This document shows, in pieces, positions 1-6,633 of a stretch of DNA of 61,945 nucleotides (position 1 is the stretch's first letter; each line of letters begins with the position of its first letter). Source of the stretch: a virus (lineage: Duplodnaviria > Caudoviricetes); the IMG/VR virus record IMGVR_UViG_3300020474_001671, positions 1 to 61,945 of that record; one strand, given 5' to 3'. The notes under the pieces are model-generated. The model was given only the letters and a program-made list of their open reading frames with translations. It had not been told where the DNA came from and made no database searches. The translations under genes were made by a program, and so were the position numbers.

Positions 1-246
1 AAAAACCTTAAAGAGAAGAATTTTCCCGAAGTACGTAAATGGGTTGTCAATAACCTGGACAATGATACTACTGTCCTGTTGCGTCGTATTTACGATGCTT
101 GTTATGATTCCTTGGTTCCGAATAGTATTCCTGCTGCTGTGCTTGTCCTTGCTAAGTATCAGTATCAAATGGCATTTGTGGCGGACCAGGAAATAAACTT
201 ACTTGCCTGTCTTACTGAAATTATGGTGGAGTGTGAATTCAAGTGA
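1..246 (+). CDS. gp44: Clamp loader large subunit, C-terminal part (5' truncated by window)
   Basis: Frame 1 reads KNLKEKNFPEVRKWVVNNLDND...LAKYQYQMAFVADQEINLLACLTEIMVECEFK*, the T4-like gp44 C-terminus; gp62 and regA lie downstream. Confidence 0.93.
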   Translation, partial: KNLKEKNFPEVRKWVVNNLDNDTTVLLRRIYDACYDSLVPNSIPAAVLVLAKYQYQMAFVADQEINLLACLTEIMVECEFK

Positions 247-567
247 ACTACATGATTGTTTTTGAGGATTACACTGGTTTTCAACATAGTAAATCATCTA
301 ACTCTAGTGATTTGCATCAAGACCTTATAAATCTATTCAGTGATGAATACAATGTGATTGAAGTCTATGGGGATGATGATGGTGTATATTCTACTGTCGG
401 TAATTATCCTACTATACCTAATGTCATGGAGTGTGAGTTTCAATGACAAGAATTCCAACTAAAATCGGTATGGCCCTTATTATGGTCTATTGGTTGTCTA
501 TGGCTGGTATGGTTGCCAATGCATATTTTCATTATAACTATAACGTATGGAGTGTGAATTTCAATGA
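227..567 (+). repeat. Three ~20-nt direct repeats TGGAGTGTGA(A/G)TT..A(G/A)TGA at gene junctions (227-246, 427-446, 548-567)
   Basis: tggagtgtgaattcaagtga / tggagtgtgagtttcaatga / tggagtgtgaatttcaatga; each has GGAG and an overlapping (A/G)TGA start-stop. Confidence 0.85.
243..446 (+). CDS. Hypothetical protein, ends in gp44-like VMECEFQ
   Basis: GTG overlaps gp44 stop, GGAG upstream, 67 aa. Confidence 0.65.
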   Translation: MNYMIVFEDYTGFQHSKSSNSSDLHQDLINLFSDEYNVIEVYGDDDGVYSTVGNYPTIPNVMECEFQ

Positions 568-601
568 GAATTGGAGTCATGTGTTCTGGAAACGGAACTA
601 A
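443..601 (+). CDS. Small membrane protein (52 aa, not in ORF track)
   Basis: ATGA coupling to upstream ORF; MTRIPTKIGMALIMVYWLSMAGMVANAYF... hydrophobic helix. Confidence 0.5.
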   Translation: MTRIPTKIGMALIMVYWLSMAGMVANAYFHYNYNVWSVNFNENWSHVFWKRN

Positions 602-1100
602 CTTTGAGAACATTGTTGAGAATTGTCCAGACCATGAAGTTGTAGTTATGATCTACAATGTCAAAGGATGTGGTGCTCAAGAAAGAGCAGAACGATTGGG
701 TATTCCTAACTGTCGTATTAAGAGTATTGACGAACAAAAAATCATTGATAAACTTAATAGACATAAAGTTGATTTAGTAGTTCTTGCAGGTTGGATGAGA
801 ATTGTTACACCGGGATTGATTAATGCTTTTCCGAATAAGATAATTAATATTCATCCATCATTACTTCCAAAGTATAAAGGTCTTAATGCCGTTAAGCAGG
901 CACTAGATAGTGGTGATAAAATCACTGGATGCACAGTTCATTATGTGACTGAAGAGTTAGATTCTGGGGGATGTATTGATTCTTCTTCTGTTCCTATTTG
1001 TGTAGGAGATACAGAAGAGACCTTACATCATAGAGTTCAGAGAGCAGAACATCGTTTACTTCCTATGGTAATCAATAATTTATTAGAGATTGTAAATTAA
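564..1100 (+). CDS. purN: Phosphoribosylglycinamide formyltransferase
   Basis: SGNGTN, VVLAGWMRI, INIHPSLLPKYKG, GCTVHYVTEELDSG motifs. Confidence 0.95.
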   Translation: MRIGVMCSGNGTNFENIVENCPDHEVVVMIYNVKGCGAQERAERLGIPNCRIKSIDEQKIIDKLNRHKVDLVVLAGWMRIVTPGLINAFPNKIINIHPSLLPKYKGLNAVKQALDSGDKITGCTVHYVTEELDSGGCIDSSSVPICVGDTEETLHHRVQRAEHRLLPMVINNLLEIVN

Positions 1101-1101
1101 A

Positions 1102-1272
1102 ATGAGACAAGATAAAATTGATACACAGGGTATGAGTCTTCCTGGTAAATCAAAAAAACCAAGTAGAACTGATCCTATGCCAGTAAAGCATCGTACAATC
1201 TTCACCACAGAAGAACGTGAAGAGTTAAAGCAAATTATTCATGAGGCACTTGATGAGAGGGAACGATTATGA
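1102..1272 (+). CDS. Hypothetical protein (56 aa, not in ORF track)
   Basis: MRQDKIDTQGMSLPG...EALDERERL fills the purN-purS gap; stop overlaps purS ATG. Confidence 0.6.
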   Translation: MRQDKIDTQGMSLPGKSKKPSRTDPMPVKHRTIFTTEEREELKQIIHEALDERERL

Positions 1273-1544
1273 AGTTTAAGGCATTAGTATTCATTCGATT
1301 AAGATCTCAGGTTGATGACTCTCCTGGTAATGCTGTTAGAGATGCCTGTAAGAGATTGTCAGATTTGGATGTTAAAAAGTTGAGGTTAGGTAAGGTCATT
1401 GATATTTGGATTGAGGCACCGGATAAAGAGTATGCTGCCAAAGAAGTGACAAGATTAAGTGATAGATTTCTTGCTAATACTGTAATGGAGGATTGGTATT
1501 ATGAATTAACTGAGATTGAAAGTTTCCCTCCAGGAGTAGAATAA
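1269..1544 (+). CDS. purS: FGAM synthase subunit PurS
   Basis: VFIRLRSQVDDSPGNAV...LRLGKVIDI...FLANTVMED matches PurS pattern and size. Confidence 0.85.
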   Translation: MKFKALVFIRLRSQVDDSPGNAVRDACKRLSDLDVKKLRLGKVIDIWIEAPDKEYAAKEVTRLSDRFLANTVMEDWYYELTEIESFPPGVE

Positions 1545-1729
1545 TGCCACATGAATTTGATTACGTTGAGTCACCTACAAAAGGTGAAGTTGATCAATGG
1601 GGATTTACGATTAAACCTAAAATCAGTGATGCTGAGTGCATCTTAATTTGTTTAAGGAATGCACCTTGTGGAATTGATAAAAAACAAGCAGAACGATTAG
1701 TAAAGGAGTTTGAGAATGAAAGGATTTAA
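1544..1729 (+). CDS. Hypothetical cyanophage protein
   Basis: TAATG coupling, GGAG RBS. Confidence 0.65.
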   Translation: MPHEFDYVESPTKGEVDQWGFTIKPKISDAECILICLRNAPCGIDKKQAERLVKEFENERI

Positions 1730-1904
1730 TGAACCCGGATCAAATAAGAATTGGGTTGATGATGGATTTAAAAGGTATATAACACAATATCAACTAGATA
1801 ATGTAGTTTCACTTTTAAATGGTAAGTTAGAGTATGCCTCTACTTACGATAACACGGGCAAAATCACTAAAAAAATTATTATTACTTACGATGAAACAAA
1901 CTAA
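1716..1904 (+). CDS. Hypothetical protein
   Basis: AAGGAG RBS before ATG 1716. Confidence 0.6.
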   Translation: MKGFNEPGSNKNWVDDGFKRYITQYQLDNVVSLLNGKLEYASTYDNTGKITKKIIITYDETN

Positions 1905-2082
1905 GAAATGTCAAGTTAAGTCCAAGTTCTACTATATCTTTTGGGGAACTGCTACAGCATCAGTTTTGTTAGGGCAAATATATGTCGGAACTGGATATAG
2001 GGTAATGGCAGAAAGCACTTTAAGATTTCAAAATTATCTTGCAGAACTTTTAGACACTGCATCAATTAATAAGGCTATTTGA
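1891..2082 (+). CDS. Hypothetical membrane protein
   Basis: FYYIFWGTATASVLLGQIYV hydrophobic segment; operon packing. Confidence 0.6.
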   Translation: MKQTKKCQVKSKFYYIFWGTATASVLLGQIYVGTGYRVMAESTLRFQNYLAELLDTASINKAI

Positions 2083-2342
2083 TGGGACTACTAAAAATTG
2101 ATAAAAGCAAATTGATAGAGGAGAAAGTTAAAACTACTCCTCAGAATGTTCAAGAGGCAAATGAAGCATTGTTTCATGCTACAATGAACTTACCTACTGC
2201 CGCAAAACATTGTGGTATGACTCAGAAGGAAATGAAATTGACCTTCTGGGAATTTTTGAAATATCATCCCTGTGATTATGAAATCTCTGAAATCTTTGAA
2301 AACACCTCTTCGATATCCAGGAGGGAAGTCGAAAGCAATTAA
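2082..2342 (+). CDS. Hypothetical protein, possible HTH-like segment
   Basis: TGATG coupling; MNLPTAAKHCGMTQKEMK. Confidence 0.6.
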   Translation: MGLLKIDKSKLIEEKVKTTPQNVQEANEALFHATMNLPTAAKHCGMTQKEMKLTFWEFLKYHPCDYEISEIFENTSSISRREVESN

Positions 2343-3162
2343 GACTCTTTCTCAATGGTATCCAAAAGTAATCACTGAGTATCGTGAACCATTCATCGGT
2401 GGTGGATCTATTGCGATTGATGTGACCAAGGCAAATCCAGACATTCCTGTTTGGATCAATGATCTGTATGTGCCCCTTTACAACTTCTGGGTGCAATTGC
2501 GTGATCATGGACAAGACCTCTCTGAGAGTGTTAGAGAGCAAAAAGAGAAGATGCTTGAGAGTGGGACACAGGATGAGAAAGACCAGTTTGCCAAGAACTT
2601 GTTCAATCAATATGCCAATGAAATAGACACTTATGATGACTTTCAGAAAGCAGTTGCTTTCTTTATCATGAATAAGTGTAGTTATTCTGGTCTGACAGAG
2701 AACAGCACTTTTTCACGGACTGCTGCTAATTCTAACTTCTCTCTGGTTGGTGCAGACAAACTTGCACAATTTTCTGAACTAATTAAGAACTGGAAGATTA
2801 CTAATATTGATTACTCTGAGGTAATGAATGCTGAGGGATCTGATAATACTTTTGTGTTTCTTGATCCTCCTTATGATATCAAAGACTTTCTTTATGGTAA
2901 AGATCGTCAAATGCATAAGTCATTCGATCATGATAAGTTTGCTAATGATGTTTATAAGTGTCCTCACAAGTTCATGATCACTTATAATGTGAATGATAGA
3001 TTGCTTGAGTTGTATAAAGATTATCATCTTGAATATTGGAAACTGCGTTACTCCATGGTTCATCGTGGAGATAAGAATACCCAAGACAATGTAAAGACAG
3101 AACTTTTAGTTACTAACTATTCTCTTACACCAAAAACTCCGATTGAAGAACAATGGAACTGA
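2278..3162 (+). CDS. dam: Dam-like DNA adenine methyltransferase
   Basis: PLRYPGGKS, EPFIGGGS (SAM binding), FLDPPY catalytic motif. Confidence 0.92.
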   Translation: MKSLKSLKTPLRYPGGKSKAIKTLSQWYPKVITEYREPFIGGGSIAIDVTKANPDIPVWINDLYVPLYNFWVQLRDHGQDLSESVREQKEKMLESGTQDEKDQFAKNLFNQYANEIDTYDDFQKAVAFFIMNKCSYSGLTENSTFSRTAANSNFSLVGADKLAQFSELIKNWKITNIDYSEVMNAEGSDNTFVFLDPPYDIKDFLYGKDRQMHKSFDHDKFANDVYKCPHKFMITYNVNDRLLELYKDYHLEYWKLRYSMVHRGDKNTQDNVKTELLVTNYSLTPKTPIEEQWN

Positions 3163-3533
3163 AAGACTGGCTTAATTCTATCAATCAAACTAAGAAGCAT
3201 TTGATTGATGAAGATCCTTCACTCGAAAAAGAATATCCTCCTTATATTATCAATCGTTGTTTCTCTGGACATCTTGATACTTTGATGTTTGTCAATGAGA
3301 TGAATAAGTATAATTTCCTTCCTAAAAGGTTACAATACGACTTCCTTATAAATATTGTGAGGAAAAAGAAGAGATTTTCTCCCTGGCTCCGACAAGATAA
3401 GATCAAAGATCTAGATTATGTCAAACGTTATTATGGTTATAGTAATGAAAAGGCAAAACAGGCTTTGAAAATTCTAACAAAAGAACAACTTAATTTTATT
3501 AAATCAAAATTTGATACTGGAGGGAAAGGATGA
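3153..3533 (+). CDS. gp62: Clamp loader small subunit
   Basis: LKDWLNSIN...YPPYIINR...YYGYSNEKAKQAL; directly upstream of regA. Confidence 0.92.
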   Translation: MELKDWLNSINQTKKHLIDEDPSLEKEYPPYIINRCFSGHLDTLMFVNEMNKYNFLPKRLQYDFLINIVRKKKRFSPWLRQDKIKDLDYVKRYYGYSNEKAKQALKILTKEQLNFIKSKFDTGGKG

Positions 3534-3970
3534 GTGTTGTTAGAGAAGCTGAAGTGAGATGGACACCAGAACAAATGGTGGAAGTGGTTCTAGGAGAACC
3601 AGATGATTTTCTAAAAGTTCGTGAGACTTTGACTCGTATCGGAGTTGCGTCTAGAAAAGAAAAGAAAATCTATCAATCCTGTCACATTCTACACAAGCAA
3701 GGAAGATATTACCTTGTGCATTTTAAAGAACTATTTGCCCTTGATGGTAAACATGCAAATCTAACATTGAATGATGTTCAGAGACGTAATCGTATTGCAC
3801 AACTACTTGCCGACTGGGGTTTGATTAGTATTGTAGATGCCGATAAAATTCAAGACATCGCACCACTCAATCAGATTAAGGTTCTTGCATTTAGAGATAA
3901 GCAAGACTGGATCCTTGAGACCAAATACAATATTGGTTCGAAGAAGAAAAGGACAGAGGAAACCGAATAA
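3530..3970 (+). CDS. regA: Translational repressor RegA
   Basis: DDFLKVRETLTRIGVAS...QSCHILHKQGRYYLVHFKELFALDG. Confidence 0.96.
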   Translation: MSVVREAEVRWTPEQMVEVVLGEPDDFLKVRETLTRIGVASRKEKKIYQSCHILHKQGRYYLVHFKELFALDGKHANLTLNDVQRRNRIAQLLADWGLISIVDADKIQDIAPLNQIKVLAFRDKQDWILETKYNIGSKKKRTEETE

Positions 3971-3976
3971 AAATCT

Positions 3977-4001
3977 ACGGGGTTCAACACTCCGTTTTTT
4001 T
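3977..4001 (+). terminator. Intrinsic terminator after regA, overlapping next promoter
   Basis: acggggt-tcaac-actccgt followed by T run. Confidence 0.75.
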
Positions 4002-4002
4002 A

Positions 4003-4018
4003 TGCTATAATATAAATA
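4003..4018 (+). promoter_or_regulatory. Extended -10 (TGCTATAAT) overlapping T4-type late promoter TATAAATA for hsp20
   Basis: tgctataatataaata; TATAAATA at 4011-4018. Confidence 0.75.
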
Positions 4019-4075
4019 ATGGTGGATGCCTTCGGGGTCCACACAATCAAATCTCGCTTTAAAAGGAGAAGCACA

Positions 4076-4501
4076 ATGATCAAGTTTAATGCTGCCAATT
4101 TGGATCAGCTGGTAGATAGCATAAATAAGAATAGCATCCATATGGATGAATATTTCGAAAGGTTGTTTAATCTCCACGAAACAACAAAGAATTATCCACC
4201 ATTTAATCTAGTCACAGTCAGTAAAGTAGAATCAAGACTAGAAATTGCACTTGCAGGATTTAGAAAGGCAGAAGTAAATGTCTACACACAAGACGGAAAA
4301 CTCTTTGTTGAAGGACAAAAAAAGGACACCGAAACAGATACAGAGTATGTCCACAGAGGAATGGCTCAACGATCTTTCACCAGATCTTGGACATTGGCAG
4401 AGGACACGGAAGTTAGATCAGTTGAATTTGAGGATGGGTTGTTGAGTATTGTTATGGGAAGAATTGTGCCCGAACATCATCAAAAGAAGGTATGGTTTTG
4501 A
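4076..4501 (+). CDS. hsp20: Small heat shock protein (Hsp20/IbpA family)
   Basis: NYPPFNL, EIALAGF, YVHRGMAQRSFTRSWTL, FEDGLL; AGGAG RBS supports ATG 4076. Confidence 0.95.
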   Translation: MIKFNAANLDQLVDSINKNSIHMDEYFERLFNLHETTKNYPPFNLVTVSKVESRLEIALAGFRKAEVNVYTQDGKLFVEGQKKDTETDTEYVHRGMAQRSFTRSWTLAEDTEVRSVEFEDGLLSIVMGRIVPEHHQKKVWF

Positions 4502-4527
4502 TATCCTGACTAATTTTTGCTGCGGTT

Positions 4528-4554
4528 GATACAGAAGTGTATCGTAGTGATACA
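4528..4554. promoter_or_regulatory. Overlapping dyads GATAC-N6-GTATC and TGTATC-N5-GATACA, candidate operator
   Basis: gatacagaagtgtatcgtagtgataca directly before TATAAT boxes. Confidence 0.4.
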
Positions 4555-4593
4555 GTATAATCTATATAATTATGTAATCTGATGGAGACTATT

Positions 4594-4677
4594 ATGAACT
4601 TCACCATGACTACCATACTTTTTGGTACAACAGCATCTCTTTTTAGTTGGGGAGTGTTGTACCCTGTTCTGTCCTAA
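4594..4677 (+). CDS. Micro-ORF, 27-aa hydrophobic peptide
   Basis: GGAG RBS at 4584; MNFTMTTILFGTTASLFSWGVLYPVLS. Confidence 0.45.
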   Translation: MNFTMTTILFGTTASLFSWGVLYPVLS

Positions 4678-4690
4678 TACTTCCTGAACC

Positions 4691-4765
4691 ATGGAAATTA
4701 TAGCAATCATCGCAGCAATCTCAGCAACATCATTCGGAGCATATTGGATGACACCAAAACAATGA
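4691..4765 (+). CDS. Micro-ORF, 24-aa hydrophobic peptide
   Basis: MEIIAIIAAISATSFGAYWMTPKQ; followed by terminator. Confidence 0.4.
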   Translation: MEIIAIIAAISATSFGAYWMTPKQ

Positions 4766-4779
4766 TAACTGAATGAAAT

Positions 4780-4815
4780 GGTGGGCTTGACGCCCCCTTT
4801 TTTATGCTTTATAAT
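4780..4815 (+). promoter_or_regulatory. Terminator hairpin fused with sigma70-type early promoter
   Basis: TTGACG (4787) N17 TATAAT (4810); GC stem and T tract. Confidence 0.8.
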
Positions 4816-4868
4816 ATGGGAGTGAACAGCAGTAGTCTGAACACACTGACCTCCATGCCATTAAGAGT

Positions 4869-5945
4869 ATGTACAAAAAGAAAAAAGTCCCTCAAGATCG
4901 AGAGTTTCCACTAGATCTCTTGGGAGTTGAAGGCACGGATGGACCTGAATATCCGTTATATGAATTTAAGGGGTTTGGATCTCGCCCGACCAATGAGATC
5001 AAGGCAACCACTGCAAATTACCCACGAAAAAGTGAGTTGGTTCAGAGTAAGTTAGAGATGCTAATTGCATCTACTGCCAACTTCATGTGGATGGTATTTG
5101 GTTGGCCGCTCAGTATTTTTGTTGATTCTGCTGGAAATGAATTTCAATTTGACCATCGACACCTTCTTCGAGCATTAATTGAGAACAAATGGATTCATGC
5201 TCCAGTCGCATTGTATGAACGTAAATCAACTGGCAATGAAGTTCTTGATCAATTGTCAGACAACAGTGCTATGTCTCTTATGGGACTTCGTGCTAATGCT
5301 ACAGACAATAGTGAGAATGCTGGAACTAAAGATTTTCATATTCTCCGACGATTAATGGAAGATGATGGTATTCCCATCACAAAGAAAAACGTAGATATTC
5401 TTCTTGATGCTGCTGGTATAAATGCTCGATACCCAAAGGGTGGACATAAAAGCACAATTGGTGCTATTCGTAATGCTATTCTTGAGACTAAAGTAAAATC
5501 ACTTCGTGTTTTTAATACTTCTAAGGAAGAAGTAAAAGCATGGATTGCAAATCAACCAAACTTTGCAAAGAACAAAGAAGCTGCTGATGGTGTGCTTTGC
5601 TACCACAAGGTTCTTGATGAAGGATTTTATTATCGATATGCTAACGATATCCTCCGATGGACTTGGAAAGCATTTGCCACAGGATCTAAGGTTCGTGTTT
5701 GTGCTTCCAGTTATGCAATCTGCGAACATCAGATTGAAGCAGAACGTGAAGAAATGGTTGATACTATCAAAGACATTCTTGATAACACTATCAACTGGTA
5801 CATTTCTTGGGTTGAAGAACGGTTTTCTAATGTTGGAATGAAGATTCACCTTCCAAAAGTTGAACTTGCAAAACTACCTTTGGAACTCTTTTGGATTCCT
5901 CAAATTGAAGGTGAGACTGAAGCAATTCGTGTTGATCTTAAGTAA
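4869..5945 (+). CDS. Hypothetical protein, possible ParB/Srx-like N-terminal domain
   Basis: 358-aa ORF with own promoter; PLSIFVD...FQFDHRHLLRAL...APVALY resembles ParB/Srx core (product call weak). Confidence 0.6.
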   Translation: MYKKKKVPQDREFPLDLLGVEGTDGPEYPLYEFKGFGSRPTNEIKATTANYPRKSELVQSKLEMLIASTANFMWMVFGWPLSIFVDSAGNEFQFDHRHLLRALIENKWIHAPVALYERKSTGNEVLDQLSDNSAMSLMGLRANATDNSENAGTKDFHILRRLMEDDGIPITKKNVDILLDAAGINARYPKGGHKSTIGAIRNAILETKVKSLRVFNTSKEEVKAWIANQPNFAKNKEAADGVLCYHKVLDEGFYYRYANDILRWTWKAFATGSKVRVCASSYAICEHQIEAEREEMVDTIKDILDNTINWYISWVEERFSNVGMKIHLPKVELAKLPLELFWIPQIEGETEAIRVDLK

Positions 5946-5969
5946 ACAAGAATCTATCTAAATACAATT

Positions 5970-6031
5970 GAATATCGTCGTCGCAGACGGAGGGGGAACT
6001 GGCCAAATCCAGTTGCAACCCCTCTTTTTTT
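5970..6031 (+). ncRNA. Candidate late small RNA / structured terminator
   Basis: CTAAATA at 5958; hairpins cgtc-gca-gacg and gagggg-aactgg...ccagtt-cccctc plus T7; overlaps TTGCAA(6013) N17 TATAAT(6036). Confidence 0.5.
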
Positions 6032-6062
6032 ATGCTATAATACTCGGAGAGGTAAATTAAAA

Positions 6063-6383
6063 ATGTCAATTAGGATTGCATTATTGAAATCAGGTGAATC
6101 AGTAATTGCCGATATTAAAATTAAAGAACTGATTTCTGATAAAAATAATTATGTATATGTGTTCAAGAATCCTTATATTGTAGATCTAGCATCTAATGAA
6201 GAGGTTCTTCTTTTGGAAGAAGGGGAAACACCATCAGAAGATAGGAATGTAGGAGTTAATTTTACACCGTGGATATGTCTTACAGCAGATACAGAGATGG
6301 ATGTAAGACCTGACTGGATAGTTACTATTGTAACTCCAGTAAAAGAAATCGAAAAACTATACGAGGAAATGATTAATGGATGA
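6063..6383 (+). CDS. Conserved cyanophage protein upstream of gp43 (Sm-like fold suspected)
   Basis: IALLKSGESVIADI...FTPW...DWIVTIVTP pattern. Confidence 0.75.
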   Translation: MSIRIALLKSGESVIADIKIKELISDKNNYVYVFKNPYIVDLASNEEVLLLEEGETPSEDRNVGVNFTPWICLTADTEMDVRPDWIVTIVTPVKEIEKLYEEMING

Positions 6384-6633
6384 TGTAAATTTGATTGTAT
6401 TAATCGATGGGACTATATTAGTTTCTCGAATTGATAGAACTGTTGCTGTGGAAATTGGTGATCCAGATTATCTTTTTATAAGACCTTTTGTATCCGATTC
6501 CAGTGGAAAATTGACTCCATGGTTGGATGATTATACACTAGAAAGTGAACTTAAGATTGGTTCTGATAAAATCATTACAATGACAGTTCCTAAACCAGAC
6601 TTGCTTAAAAATTACTTAGAAAAAATTAACTGA
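6376..6633 (+). CDS. Conserved hypothetical protein upstream of gp43
   Basis: GDPDYLFIRPF...PWL...SDKIITM; TGATG coupling to gp43. Confidence 0.75.
   Translation: MDDVNLIVLIDGTILVSRIDRTVAVEIGDPDYLFIRPFVSDSSGKLTPWLDDYTLESELKIGSDKIITMTVPKPDLLKNYLEKIN

Noticed and set aside
227-567. CRISPR-like mini-array
   Set aside because: Repeats are 20 nt and non-identical, spacers are 101-180 nt and protein-coding, and no cas genes are present
4538-4554. NtcA binding site
   Set aside because: Spacing is GTA-N9-TAC, not the canonical N8; kept only as an unassigned dyad
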